Origin: a virus | Taxonomy: Duplodnaviria; Caudoviricetes | DNA length: 53,239 bases | Virus record (IMG/VR): IMGVR_UViG_3300005805_000116 | Location: 1-53,239 of that record | Reading direction: 5' to 3' (one strand) | Shown here: one piece after another, positions 25,982-35,919 of the stretch | Layout of the letters: each line of letters opens with the position of its first letter | How positions within the stretch are numbered: position 1 is the stretch's first letter | The notes under the pieces: model-generated | Seen by the model: the letters and a program-made list of their open reading frames with translations, nothing else | Database searches by the model: none | What the model was told of the DNA's origin: nothing | Position numbers and translations under genes: made by a program

Positions 25982-26875
25982 TTACGCATCATAGTTCCTG
26001 ATTATGGTTTCGGAAACGCTCTTTCTCGATGATACTTGAGCGCCAACTTTTCTGTTTATGGATATAGTCTCCACTTTATAGTCTTTGTACAGCTCAAATA
26101 CGATTGGTGCTGAAGAGTTTGATTGCATCCATTTAACACCCAGAGAGTTTAGCTTGTCACAAAAATCTTTCAGCTCTAGCTGATCTTTCATTGTGAAGCC
26201 ATCTTTGTTGTACTGCACAAATGATGAAGATACAGAAATAGGAATGTAAGGAGGATCTAAGTATACAAAAACTGTTCGACCAAGATTGATAAGGGAGCGA
26301 ATATCATTCAAAACAGATGTGTAACTCTTAGTATCTACGAAGACGGCTGGACGACACAAGACAGAATTACATGCAAAGATGTTCTCGGCGTCAACTATCT
26401 TAGGATTCTCGTAATGCCCGTAGTGAGCATTGAATTGACCATGTGAGTTTACTCTATACAGTCCGTTGAATGATGTTTTGTTAAGATAGATAAATCGAGC
26501 TGCTTTTTGTATTGGTGACCACTTCCACACATAGTCATCGTTTCTGTCTGCCGCACGAACTTCAAGAAAGTGCTCTTGTGTGTTCTTATGCTTGGATAGC
26601 TCTTCTATCAGAAGTCTAGGATTTGTTTGTATAGCTTTGTATGCTGTGATGAGTTCTTCGTTTTTGTCACTCAAATATGCCTGTGAAATTCTATGCGCTA
26701 GATGAAAGAAGAGAGCCCCTCCACCAAGAAATGGCTCAAAATAGACATCAATCTTTTGAGGCAAACGAGAATCTAATTCAGGCAAGAGTCTGCGTTTGCC
26801 GCCTAACCATTTAACGAAGGGCTTTGCTTGAACTGTGTCGCAATCTTTTTGTTCATCAGAATTGGAAATCATCAA
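25982..26875 (-). CDS. dam: DNA adenine methyltransferase (Dam family)
   Basis: KWLGGK, EPFLGGG, FNGLYRVN, YLDPPY, SNS. Confidence 0.92.
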   Translation of the reverse strand: MMISNSDEQKDCDTVQAKPFVKWLGGKRRLLPELDSRLPQKIDVYFEPFLGGGALFFHLAHRISQAYLSDKNEELITAYKAIQTNPRLLIEELSKHKNTQEHFLEVRAADRNDDYVWKWSPIQKAARFIYLNKTSFNGLYRVNSHGQFNAHYGHYENPKIVDAENIFACNSVLCRPAVFVDTKSYTSVLNDIRSLINLGRTVFVYLDPPYIPISVSSSFVQYNKDGFTMKDQLELKDFCDKLNSLGVKWMQSNSSAPIVFELYKDYKVETISINRKVGAQVSSRKSVSETIIRNYDA

Positions 26876-28274
26876 ATCCGCTCTTGTCGCGCTTTTCAGC
26901 TTTCATACTAGACCCGAACTTGCCTTTGTCAAACGTTGGACTATCGTCAACTTTTAGGTCTGTGTTTACTAACTCAGCTTGTGCAGAGTCATCTAAATCA
27001 AATAGCTTCATCTTGGATCTGTCAATACCTAGAACAAATCTCTTAAGTGAAGAAACGTCATTATAGCGATTTTTTAGCTGTTTCACAAGTATTTGTCCCA
27101 TCTGCTCAAGCTCTTCTGTTGTGGAAAGAGCAATCATGAAATCTGCTGTGGCAGGAAGACCAAACGATTCTGATGTGTTCTCTAAACCAATGTCGCTCGA
27201 AACATAACCCTGTCTATTTGTTTGTGTTGCAGTCCACAAAGGAACGTTACACTCTACAGCCAAACCACGAAGTTCTTCAGCTATGCTCTTGATGTATGTG
27301 TAGCTGTTGACATGGTTTGTGTTGTTGATTCTTGCTGAGGCTGCTATGTTTAGATAGTCAACAAAGATAACATCTGGAACAAAATTCTTTTTCAGAGACA
27401 GCTCATTCAACAGTGCTCGAAAGTGAGTTGTTGTTGCGGTCGCTGTTGGATACTCTTTCACAATCAGTCTACCCACTGTCTTGCTTCTGATTGCATCAAT
27501 CTTCTTGTCGTACATGTCTTTAGAAATCTTCTGAAGATCTGAAAGAGATACGTTCAATAGGTTTGCGTCTATTCGTTCTGCGATTCTCTCTTCTGCCATT
27601 TCAAGTGTAATGTAGAGTATGTTCTTACCTGTCATGAAATAGCTCGCAGCCATGTGACATAGTGCAAGAGACTTTCCAACAGCAGTTCCAGCTAGTATAA
27701 CATTGAGAGTCTTTCTAGGAACGCCGTTTTTTGTGATCTTATTCATACACTCAAGATCGAACGGGAACTTCTCTTCAACTCGATGGTAAGATTCATATCG
27801 AGCGTCAGTGTCGTCTAGATAGCTGTGACCTACATTAGGATCAAAAGACACTGCTAGTGCGTCTGTGAGCATCTTGGGTATGTTGCCGCGACTAAACTTA
27901 CTCTTCTTGTCATCAGCAATTTTTATGCTGTTTAAGAGTGCGTTGTAGATTGCTCTGTCTTTGCACCACTCTTCTGTCTGCTCAATAAGCCATTTATCAT
28001 CAACTTTGCTCTGCTCGAACGATACGATGATGTCTCTTGCGGCGCTCTCAACTTGTGAGTTGATCTTGTCATCTTTTGTTAGAGCTATCAGAAGGGCTTC
28101 TTTGCTTGGTCGATTTTCGTACTTCAGTATGAACTCAGAAATCTTCTCAAAAACAACCTTTTCAGAAACTTCTGTAAAATATTCACCCTTAAGAAAGGGA
28201 AGAACCCTGCGTGAGTATGAATCATCGAAGACAAGATTCTTCAGTATGATTCTCTCGACTCGATCATTTATCAT
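26856..28274 (-). CDS. 41: Replicative helicase (T4 gp41-like)
   Basis: AGTAVGKS, TLEMAEE, IVKEYPT, VDYLNI, ESFGLPATAD, KQLKNRY. Confidence 0.95.
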   Translation of the reverse strand: MINDRVERIILKNLVFDDSYSRRVLPFLKGEYFTEVSEKVVFEKISEFILKYENRPSKEALLIALTKDDKINSQVESAARDIIVSFEQSKVDDKWLIEQTEEWCKDRAIYNALLNSIKIADDKKSKFSRGNIPKMLTDALAVSFDPNVGHSYLDDTDARYESYHRVEEKFPFDLECMNKITKNGVPRKTLNVILAGTAVGKSLALCHMAASYFMTGKNILYITLEMAEERIAERIDANLLNVSLSDLQKISKDMYDKKIDAIRSKTVGRLIVKEYPTATATTTHFRALLNELSLKKNFVPDVIFVDYLNIAASARINNTNHVNSYTYIKSIAEELRGLAVECNVPLWTATQTNRQGYVSSDIGLENTSESFGLPATADFMIALSTTEELEQMGQILVKQLKNRYNDVSSLKRFVLGIDRSKMKLFDLDDSAQAELVNTDLKVDDSPTFDKGKFGSSMKAEKRDKSGFDDFQF

Positions 28275-28614
28275 CTTTCACCAACTCTAAGAAAACTTTG
28301 CCATCTTCTTTTTTAGCCTTGCTTGCGTGTGTGTCTATTATATCGATAAGAATCTCAGCAAGCAATCTGTCCATCTTAGCACCAACCTCGTCGGGAAACG
28401 TAACATTTTTAAGGTGGTCAGGAACATATATGATCTCAGTCTGAAACGAGAACTTTGGCTCTTTGTTTTCAGATTCAGGTGCGTTGAGAGAAAATTCCCC
28501 ATAAGAATAGAGAACGCCATGAAACGGAGCACAAGGAGCTAACAGCTCCACTACCCATTTCTTCGGGTCACTATCATCGATCACTATTCTGTACTTATCT
28601 TTAATGGGCGTCAT
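28264..28614 (-). CDS. Hypothetical protein in the position of T4 gene 40
   Basis: Between uvsX and 41; positional argument only. Confidence 0.5.
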   Translation of the reverse strand: MTPIKDKYRIVIDDSDPKKWVVELLAPCAPFHGVLYSYGEFSLNAPESENKEPKFSFQTEIIYVPDHLKNVTFPDEVGAKMDRLLAEILIDIIDTHASKAKKEDGKVFLELVKDDK

Positions 28615-29671
28615 TGAGAAGTTCCTCAACAACATCTTCAGTCTCTAAGCCGCTTGTTCCGTAGCTGAACTCCCTTTGTGCAGCTTCGTCAATTCTCTGC
28701 AACACATCTTCCGTAAAGAACTTTTCAGGGTTGTTGACTATCTGCTTTTCGAACACAGTCTTTCCATCACTGACTTCAATCTTTGTGGATATCTTCTTGA
28801 AAATGCCATGCTCGATTGCGAGATCTAAAAGACCATAGTATCTGTCAAGTCCCTTGTCATATGAAAGAAGAACGCTTGTTTCTGTGTTCTCTTTTGTTAG
28901 ACGAGACTTGAGGTTCTTACAGCGAATGAAGATTCCCGTAACATTACCTTCTGCATCTTTGTTCTTAGACTTTGAAAGAGCTATGATGTTGTTTGCGGCG
29001 TACTTGAGTCCACCGCCGCCGCCCATCTCTTTGGTCGGAAACATTCCCATCGTCTGATATACATGGTTTGTCACTATAAGTGGCACTTTGGCTTTACTTA
29101 GCTTCAGTGTAAGAACACGAAATGCAGCGCGGATCTCTGCTGTACGAGTCATGTCTTTCACTTCTTTTCCAGAGTTTGAGTCTGTCATCTCTTTAGTTGT
29201 AGAAAGCATACCTAGAGAGTCAAGAGCAAGAAGAAGTGGTCGTCTCTCTTTCTCTGCTGTGGCAAGATGATTTTCTACAACTCGAAGGGCCTGGGTCTTG
29301 AACTGCTGAATCGTCTCAACAGGAACGATAAGAACTCTCTTTGTATCTACGCCGCGAGACTGAAGAATCTCTTTTGTGATAGATCCCTCAGACTCAAAAA
29401 TAACGCTGACTGCTTTCTCGTTTGTGTCCAAGAAATTCTTGACTATACCCAGAAGAAAGAATGTCTTTCCGGTTGCTTCTTCACCAGCAAGAGCACTGAT
29501 CTTGTTCGCTGGCATACCCTTGTGAATACTACCTGAGTAGAGTGCGTTTAGAGCATACGAACCAGTATCGATAAAACCCACAACATCAGCAGAAGTCCCC
29601 TCCTCAGCCACAGCAGCATACTCATTCTCCAAAACCTTAAGCACATCTGTAAATGGGTTGTTCTTAGCCAT
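28601..29671 (-). CDS. uvsX: RecA-like recombinase UvsX
   Basis: DTGSYALNAL, GEEATGKT, DSLGML, DMTR, MGGGGG. Confidence 0.94.
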   Translation of the reverse strand: MAKNNPFTDVLKVLENEYAAVAEEGTSADVVGFIDTGSYALNALYSGSIHKGMPANKISALAGEEATGKTFFLLGIVKNFLDTNEKAVSVIFESEGSITKEILQSRGVDTKRVLIVPVETIQQFKTQALRVVENHLATAEKERRPLLLALDSLGMLSTTKEMTDSNSGKEVKDMTRTAEIRAAFRVLTLKLSKAKVPLIVTNHVYQTMGMFPTKEMGGGGGLKYAANNIIALSKSKNKDAEGNVTGIFIRCKNLKSRLTKENTETSVLLSYDKGLDRYYGLLDLAIEHGIFKKISTKIEVSDGKTVFEKQIVNNPEKFFTEDVLQRIDEAAQREFSYGTSGLETEDVVEELLNDAH

Positions 29672-29679
29672 AGTTTCTC

Positions 29680-30786
29680 CTACAAGTCGTCAAAGCTCAT
29701 CGTCTTCTTAGTAGACCAATTTATTGCATCCAGAATGATCTTGAGAGGGTCCAGAAAAGTTTTTTCGAACTGCAACTCATAGTCAACATACTTGTGTAAG
29801 TTCAACTCTTGCGGCAATCCATCTTCTGACATTGTGATCACATTTTGTTGAATGTGATTAGGCGTTCTCAAGTATATAAACTTTATCTTATCACCTTCTT
29901 GGATGCAAGGGTATTTCATCTCTAGCTTCTTCTCTTTGATTAGCTTGTTGTAGACGAGGGCGCCACGAACGTGGATGGGAGTGCCTTTTTTATATACAGA
30001 CTTGCCATCAGAGTATGTGGAGATGCCATTACAACCGCGAGGGAACGCAATATCTTCTGGAGACAGCTTTTTGAACTCGCTCTTGAATGTATCGATGTAT
30101 GTGTACAGATCGCTCTGTGTTTTTGTCAGAATGAGATTTACGGCATCTTTAATCTTCTGGCGACACACTTGAGGTGTTGATGATTTCACAGCTTCGATAC
30201 CTTGTATCTTGAGCTTGGGTGTCTCGTAGCGAACACCCTCATTGTCGTACACATTCAGAATGTAACGCTTCTTTGCTGTCCAGATTGCCTTGTCGGCGAT
30301 AGACTCTCGCTTCATCTGCATCTTTTGGGAGCGGGCGTTCATGTATTCTTTGAGATCTTTGCAGCTTTTGTCGATGACTGACTGAATCTTGGTGTTGGAT
30401 ACTTTATCGAGGAATTCTACTATCTTGCTTTTGTCGTCTGGTAGATTTTTGTTGTATGCGGTCTGCACGAGCGACTTGAGATTCAGATAGATCGAGTCAG
30501 TATCGATGGCGATAACATAATCAAGATTGATAGTCTTTAGCAGAGTGTTCAGATATGCGTTGATGTCTTTTGCGAGCCACTGAATGACAAGCTGTCCTGA
30601 CATAGTGACGGCTTCTGCGAGTCGCGTGTCATAGAAACGAAAGTATTGATTACCCATCGCACCATAAGCCGAATTGAGCTGAATCTTTTTCGTGAGCTGA
30701 AAGTTGTGATACTTAGAAATGTCGAACGACAACTTTCTGGCATACGCCTTTAGTTCTTCGTTTGACAGCTTTGTTATGTCTTGCAT
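29680..30786 (-). CDS. 43: Family B DNA polymerase, C-terminal subunit (gp43B)
   Basis: KIQLNSAYG (motif B), IDTDS (motif C), KKRY, KSSTP. Confidence 0.92.
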   Translation of the reverse strand: MQDITKLSNEELKAYARKLSFDISKYHNFQLTKKIQLNSAYGAMGNQYFRFYDTRLAEAVTMSGQLVIQWLAKDINAYLNTLLKTINLDYVIAIDTDSIYLNLKSLVQTAYNKNLPDDKSKIVEFLDKVSNTKIQSVIDKSCKDLKEYMNARSQKMQMKRESIADKAIWTAKKRYILNVYDNEGVRYETPKLKIQGIEAVKSSTPQVCRQKIKDAVNLILTKTQSDLYTYIDTFKSEFKKLSPEDIAFPRGCNGISTYSDGKSVYKKGTPIHVRGALVYNKLIKEKKLEMKYPCIQEGDKIKFIYLRTPNHIQQNVITMSEDGLPQELNLHKYVDYELQFEKTFLDPLKIILDAINWSTKKTMSFDDL

Positions 30787-30788
30787 GT

Positions 30789-31394
30789 CTACCTATCGTG
30801 TGCTGATGATAACACAATAGAATCAAACCCGTCATCAAAAAACATGTGTAGAATTTTTTGCCAATGATGGAATGGTATATCATTCAACGGAATCATCAAT
30901 TCTGTTTTCTCTCCACAGTGATTAAAGTCTTCGGCATCAGCTTGAAGAAGATTGTGTCGGGCACAATAGCTTTTTATCATGCGCTCGTTTTCTCTAAGCT
31001 GCTTCATGGGACCCTTTCTTATATACAGGGCACCAGAGTATTTCCATTCATCGGATGTGCATGTGAATCTCTCTGCAACTTCAAAGAACAAAGTAGTGCC
31101 TATTTTAGGATGTATAAGCTGTGATTTTACGTTATGAAAACCACACAAATATAATGTACCAAGCTCTTTCGCCGAGCCATCAGAAAAGCCTCTGAGATAG
31201 TAGTGTCTCCATCGACGGTAAATAGACTCTCCGGTTGCCTTGTTGATGAATCTCAATTTCGTTTCGGCAAGAATGTTTGACTTTGAGTTAAAATGCGCCA
31301 TGTCTAGAACATAGTTCTTGTTTGAAGACATCAGCGACATTTTGATAAACTCTAGTATGTCTGCTTTGTTTTTGGGTCTATTTTTGTAGCTCAT
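30789..31394 (-). CDS. Putative GIY-YIG (T5orf172/Seg-like) endonuclease between the polymerase halves
   Basis: GTLYL...KIGTT...ERF...E..I...GEKTE spacing resembles the GxxY/KIGxT/R/E/GxTE pattern. Confidence 0.5.
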   Translation of the reverse strand: MSYKNRPKNKADILEFIKMSLMSSNKNYVLDMAHFNSKSNILAETKLRFINKATGESIYRRWRHYYLRGFSDGSAKELGTLYLCGFHNVKSQLIHPKIGTTLFFEVAERFTCTSDEWKYSGALYIRKGPMKQLRENERMIKSYCARHNLLQADAEDFNHCGEKTELMIPLNDIPFHHWQKILHMFFDDGFDSIVLSSAHDR

Positions 31395-31395
31395 A

Positions 31396-32856
31396 TTACA
31401 GTCCTCTTCGATGCATCTCTTCTTTTACTCGCTCTAGCTCTCTCTGAGCATCAAGCATCTTCTTCTTGTATGTTTTTCTATCCTCGTACATACGCATGAG
31501 GATGTCGGGTAAGAAGCCAATCTTCTCATTACTGAAACAATGTCCGTTTGCGGCGAGGCTGATATTGTTTTCTCTTAGATCCTGTGTCTCTATCTGTTTT
31601 GACAGTAGAGACTGAACAGATACGGGGCGGAACTTATCTGGAACTAAACACTCAGGTGAGATGTTGAACTGAGCTATCAAGTTTGGATACAGAGAATTCA
31701 AGTCAAATGAAACGACCCACTCATACATGCCAGGAATGACTTCTTTCACGAAGGCGCCGGCATACTCAGTGTCTTTTTCATTGTCACTAAGTCTTGGCAT
31801 CACAATGTTTTGCTTCTTCAGATGATTGAAGATGATTGTGTCCCACATGCGAACTTGTGCGAAGGTGTCTGCGTAGTTTACTCGTGCGTCATATGCTAGT
31901 GCGACAACCATTTCGATGAGCTTTAGTTTCTCTTCGAGCTTCTTGATAAGCTCTACGTCTTTGATGTTGTACTGAATGAACTTTTGATAGTTGCTCTTGT
32001 AAAGATTGTGTAGCGAGCCATACTCTTCGTATGACAGCTTGCGTTCTCCTAGCTCAACGTGAGCGATGTAGTTCAGCTTCTCACTCTCTTGCTTGGGTTG
32101 AAACTTGCGATACATTTCCATGTAGTCAAGAGTAGAGATGCCCACAAGCTCTACTGCTGTTTGCTGGCGCCCTTTGTTGTAGGCAGGTCGAGTTGATAAG
32201 TAGCGCCAAGGAGACAGTCGCTTTGCTTCTTTATCACCAAACACTTTCGATATTCTGTTGACGAGATATGGAATATCGTAGAACTGAACGTTCCAGCCAG
32301 TTACAACATCCGGAGCAAGATGCTCCCAATGCTCAATGAAACGTCGTAGAAGATCACTTTCGTCTTTACACTGAATATACTTGATAGAAGAGTCTTCAGT
32401 CGAGAACTCGCCGCAGCCAAAAACGACATACACACCTTTCGTCTCAACCGTGATTGCGATGACTTGCTCGAAAGGATTCTCTGGAGGGGCGAACCCGTTT
32501 TCAGAGGCAACCTCGATGTCTATGTTTGCAATTACTATGCGGCTGAAATCGTAGTCAACAACATCAGGAAACTCGTCGCCTAGATATACATAGTGATACT
32601 TTGTGTTGCCATAGTACACAAAGTTGTCCACAGACTCGTAACGGCGAACAAACTCCTTAGCTTCATTTATGTCAGAAAATTGAATCTTGTCGGCATACTT
32701 ACCATCTAGGGTGCGGTACTTTGATGGCTTATTAGATGGCAGAAACAATGTCGGTTGAACGGTGAACTTCTTTGATACTCGCTCGTCATTCTCAACACCG
32801 CGATAGAGAATATTGTTGCCGACGCAAGTGCAGTTTGTGTAGAACTTATTACTCAT
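31396..32856 (-). CDS. 43: Family B DNA polymerase, N-terminal subunit (gp43A: exonuclease plus motif A)
   Basis: DIEV, GWNVQFYDIPY, YNIKDV, SFDLNSLYP; ends in the fingers helix. Confidence 0.92.
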   Translation of the reverse strand: MSNKFYTNCTCVGNNILYRGVENDERVSKKFTVQPTLFLPSNKPSKYRTLDGKYADKIQFSDINEAKEFVRRYESVDNFVYYGNTKYHYVYLGDEFPDVVDYDFSRIVIANIDIEVASENGFAPPENPFEQVIAITVETKGVYVVFGCGEFSTEDSSIKYIQCKDESDLLRRFIEHWEHLAPDVVTGWNVQFYDIPYLVNRISKVFGDKEAKRLSPWRYLSTRPAYNKGRQQTAVELVGISTLDYMEMYRKFQPKQESEKLNYIAHVELGERKLSYEEYGSLHNLYKSNYQKFIQYNIKDVELIKKLEEKLKLIEMVVALAYDARVNYADTFAQVRMWDTIIFNHLKKQNIVMPRLSDNEKDTEYAGAFVKEVIPGMYEWVVSFDLNSLYPNLIAQFNISPECLVPDKFRPVSVQSLLSKQIETQDLRENNISLAANGHCFSNEKIGFLPDILMRMYEDRKTYKKKMLDAQRELERVKEEMHRRGL

Positions 32857-32862
32857 GTAAAC

Positions 32863-32891
32863 ATGATGACACAGTTTAAGAACGGTGTCAA
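32863..32891 (-). promoter_or_regulatory. Sigma70-type promoter, 6 nt from 43A ATG
   Basis: TTGACA-N17-CATCAT (TG extension)-gtttac-ATG. Confidence 0.65.
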
Positions 32892-32892
32892 T

Positions 32893-33201
32893 TTACGAAA
32901 CTGTGGAGATTCCTGTATTCGTGGGGAGAATGAGTCCGCTGCCGAAAAGTTTGTTGTACTTGTTTACGATCTCTCGAATAGGCTCATACTGGCAGAGTAT
33001 ATTGTTCACACGAATTACAAGATACTTATCTGCCGCTAACGGAGCAAAGGGTGCCATATGTACATCTACGCTTCCTGTCTGTTGATTTGGTGCTGCGGCA
33101 ATTTGAGTTGGGTTCTCTATTCGTACCGTGTCACTATCAACAACATCTACGTCGCCAAGAATTTCTTCACCTGTAAGAAGTCTAGTCACTAATATAGCCA
33201 T
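32893..33201 (-). CDS. Conserved T4-like hypothetical protein (Sm-like fold suspected)
   Basis: RLLTGEEILG, IENP, Y...FGSGLILP. Confidence 0.65.
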   Translation of the reverse strand: MAILVTRLLTGEEILGDVDVVDSDTVRIENPTQIAAAPNQQTGSVDVHMAPFAPLAADKYLVIRVNNILCQYEPIREIVNKYNKLFGSGLILPTNTGISTVS

Positions 33202-33206
33202 GATGA

Positions 33207-33653
33207 TTACTCTCTAAGAAACAATTCTCGTTCTGCTTTTCTTCTGCGAGTCAGTCCTGCGAGCTTCTTGCCATCGGCTTTGTCCCACTTGAGAAACTCG
33301 TTTGCGGCTTCTTCTAGTTTCCCCGCATTGATCTTTTTCAGAAGCGTGGATTTTTTGAAATTGCCTATACCTAGATTATACACAAAACACACGAGGGCAT
33401 CAAACTGATTTTGAGTTAATTCGACGCCGACGTTTATGGATACAGCGTCTTCAAAAGTCTTCAGGTCTTGTTCCAAAAACACATCGGCTTCATCTGTAGT
33501 GACTCTAGTATCTTTGGTAACTTTAGATCCATTTATTCTTGTGGTTCCATATCCAACGGTCCACACGCCCGCAGGACACAAGTATGCTGTTGCTCTGAAG
33601 CCCTCAAACTCTCGTATTAAACTTTTACCCGACTCACTTGTTTTCTTAGGCAT
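33207..33653 (-). CDS. Lysozyme/endolysin (GH24)
   Basis: EFEG...AYLCPAGVWTVGYGTT, QNQFDAL, GLTRRRKAE. Confidence 0.93.
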   Translation of the reverse strand: MPKKTSESGKSLIREFEGFRATAYLCPAGVWTVGYGTTRINGSKVTKDTRVTTDEADVFLEQDLKTFEDAVSINVGVELTQNQFDALVCFVYNLGIGNFKKSTLLKKINAGKLEEAANEFLKWDKADGKKLAGLTRRRKAERELFLRE

Positions 33654-34359
33654 TGTCTTTCCTCAAACTCACAGGAGCACCTCTAGTGAATTTATATGGG
33701 GAGGAATTGACGAAATTGAACATGTATGATGAATTTTTAGGAGTGTAGTTTTCATCACAAACAGATGCGTTGCAGAAGTGTACGCCTGGGTGCTCTTCGC
33801 TGATGTATGTGCCATTACCTGCGTGAACATGTCCAAAAACATGCAGTCCAAGATCAGGCAATTTCTGCACTCGATTTGACAACTCAAGACAACCGACAGA
33901 GTTTCCAAATACTCTATCACCAATACCGAAAGGTGGTCCGTGAGTGATCAGAACATTCACATCATCAGGAATACAATCCCATACTCGTTTTAGTTCAACA
34001 CCTCTGGGTTTATTGAAAGCCCATGAACAGAACTCAGGTTGCCATGGACTGCCGTAAAATTTGATACCATCGATAACACATTCAGAGTCTTCCAAATAGT
34101 GTAACTTATCGCTGACTGCATTACGCAGTATATCAAGACACAGAACTTTGTTTCGATAGAACGCCCAATCATGATTACCTGCGACTATGATTACATGATT
34201 GAACTTGCTTTGCTCTTTACTCAACCAGTCGGCGAACTTAGACACTTGACCCGCATCGCCGCTGGTGCATATATCACCTGCAACAACTAACACATCACAT
34301 GAAACTAGAGAGAGGGAGTTTTCGTTTCCGTGAATGTCGGAAACGCAGAGTATGTTCAT
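33646..34359 (-). CDS. Calcineurin-like metallophosphoesterase
   Basis: SDIHG, AGD, AGNHD, THGPP, FGHVH. Confidence 0.9.
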   Translation of the reverse strand: MNILCVSDIHGNENSLSLVSCDVLVVAGDICTSGDAGQVSKFADWLSKEQSKFNHVIIVAGNHDWAFYRNKVLCLDILRNAVSDKLHYLEDSECVIDGIKFYGSPWQPEFCSWAFNKPRGVELKRVWDCIPDDVNVLITHGPPFGIGDRVFGNSVGCLELSNRVQKLPDLGLHVFGHVHAGNGTYISEEHPGVHFCNASVCDENYTPKNSSYMFNFVNSSPYKFTRGAPVSLRKDNA

Positions 34360-34360
34360 A

Positions 34361-34861
34361 CTAAACTCCAGTAGAACCAAATCCCCCTGAGCGAGATGTT
34401 TTCTTTTGTGGATGTACTGAAGTTTCTACGATGGGATATCGGGCGTCGGCGACTAATTCGGCCTGACAAATTCTGTCACCATGAGATATTTTAAACACAA
34501 CGTTTGATGTGTTGTGTAGTGCAACATATACAGGGAGTGTGTAGTCTTGATCAACAACACCTTCGCAGTTTACTAAACCGATGGCGCTCTTAAATGCAAT
34601 ACCAGAACGAGGGTGTAGTCTCAGAGAGTGATTCTTGGGTATGTCAAATATCAAACCCGTTGGAACCAAAAGTCTGCTCATAGGAGGCATGACTACAATT
34701 CCATACTCATTCACATACAAAACATCTTCTTCATTACTCCAGGAGCGAGACTTTACTGTTGTATGTGGCGGCAAACATGCGTGAATATCAAAACATGCTG
34801 AATCCTTTGTTGCGTATGAAGGAATGATCGCTTCGGGTTCAGACTTATACACTTTTAGCAT
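34361..34861 (-). CDS. dut: Trimeric dUTPase
   Basis: SACFD, PRSG, GVVDQDY, GDRICQ, RSGGFGSTG. Confidence 0.93.
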   Translation of the reverse strand: MLKVYKSEPEAIIPSYATKDSACFDIHACLPPHTTVKSRSWSNEEDVLYVNEYGIVVMPPMSRLLVPTGLIFDIPKNHSLRLHPRSGIAFKSAIGLVNCEGVVDQDYTLPVYVALHNTSNVVFKISHGDRICQAELVADARYPIVETSVHPQKKTSRSGGFGSTGV

Positions 34862-34867
34862 AATGAA

Positions 34868-35320
34868 TTACTTCTTGAGTGTGGGGGAGCCCACTTGTGA
34901 TGTCTTCTTGTTTGTTCCTATATTGTACTTTGGTTCCAATTTCCAGTTTGTCTTATCTTTGTACGCAACGATTTTAACAGAAGAGATGGGTGCGACAGGT
35001 GCCGCGCTCTTTGTCTTATCAACTAAAGACAACAGACCCCATTCGGCAAGAATGTTTGCTATGGTGTTTCTGCGGGCGATGTCTTCTTCAGTTATTGTTG
35101 TTGGTTTGCCATCGAGCTTGAACAGCTCTTTGAAGTGAACTATGTAGTATCTACTCTCTTTCGTATCTTTGTCTCTCTTGTGCAAGATGTGACAAGACTG
35201 GAACAGAGTCTTCTCTTTCTTCGATGCCACACCTATTCTAGTCAATGTCTCTTTGACTTTTAGAAAATCATCTGGTGCCGACAACTTAACTTCAATCAAA
35301 TCAGTAGTTACATTACTCAT
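34868..35320 (-). CDS. regA: Translational repressor RegA
   Basis: DDFLKVKETLTRIG, QSCHILHK, YYIVHFKELF, RRNTIA. Confidence 0.95.
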   Translation of the reverse strand: MSNVTTDLIEVKLSAPDDFLKVKETLTRIGVASKKEKTLFQSCHILHKRDKDTKESRYYIVHFKELFKLDGKPTTITEEDIARRNTIANILAEWGLLSLVDKTKSAAPVAPISSVKIVAYKDKTNWKLEPKYNIGTNKKTSQVGSPTLKK

Positions 35321-35333
35321 ACACACTCTAAAA

Positions 35334-35552
35334 TTACCACAAAGCCGCACATTTATTTAGCAATTTTAGGAGCGCACGAGTAACCACGTTTCTTTTTGGC
35401 GGGCAGACTTGTTGTTCAATTCTCTTTAGAACGTTTTGACAATCTTTGATGTTCTGATTGTTGTCTTCGATGAGGTCTGCCAGCTCTCTAGTAATTTCAA
35501 GAAGAGTATCTAGACTCTCATCGGGCAGATTTTTTCTTTGCATGATGACCAC
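35334..35552 (-). CDS. Hypothetical coiled-coil protein
   Basis: Fills the gap between 62 and regA. Confidence 0.5.
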   Translation of the reverse strand: MVIMQRKNLPDESLDTLLEITRELADLIEDNNQNIKDCQNVLKRIEQQVCPPKRNVVTRALLKLLNKCAALW

Positions 35553-35919
35553 CTTTGTTCAGTTTCGTTTTCATGTATGCTATGTCATCTTCTGATAATA
35601 CGGGAAGAACTTCTTTTGCCTTGTTCTTGCTGTATCCAAAATACTCACGGACAACATCCAAGTTTTCTTGTTCATTCTCTTTGACATACTTGAAGAATCT
35701 GCGACCCTTTTTGATCGAGTTCATGTAGTAGTCATACTGAAGTCTCTTCGGCAAGAAATGACGATTGTTCATTTCGTTTGCATACATGACTGTAGTTACA
35801 TCCATAGAGAGAAAGCGATTAACGGTCCATGGAGAATATAGAGACTCGTTACTCTCATCTAGGATGTCGGCTTTCTTTTCTGATAGGTCTTTTAGAAAAT
35901 CAAACACTGTCAACTTCAT
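35518..35919 (-). CDS. 62: Clamp loader small subunit (gp62)
   Basis: YSPWTVNRFLS, ANEMN, LQYDY, YFGYS..KA; follows 44. Confidence 0.88.
   Translation of the reverse strand: MKLTVFDFLKDLSEKKADILDESNESLYSPWTVNRFLSMDVTTVMYANEMNNRHFLPKRLQYDYYMNSIKKGRRFFKYVKENEQENLDVVREYFGYSKNKAKEVLPVLSEDDIAYMKTKLNKGGHHAKKKSAR

Noticed and set aside
28264-28614. Calling this gene 40
   Set aside because: Only positional support; no sequence motif I can recognise
30787-31395. Group I intron or intein interrupting gene 43
   Set aside because: Only 1-2 nt flank the inserted ORF, leaving no room for intron core structure; no intein Cys/His-Asn termini; each half has its own start and stop
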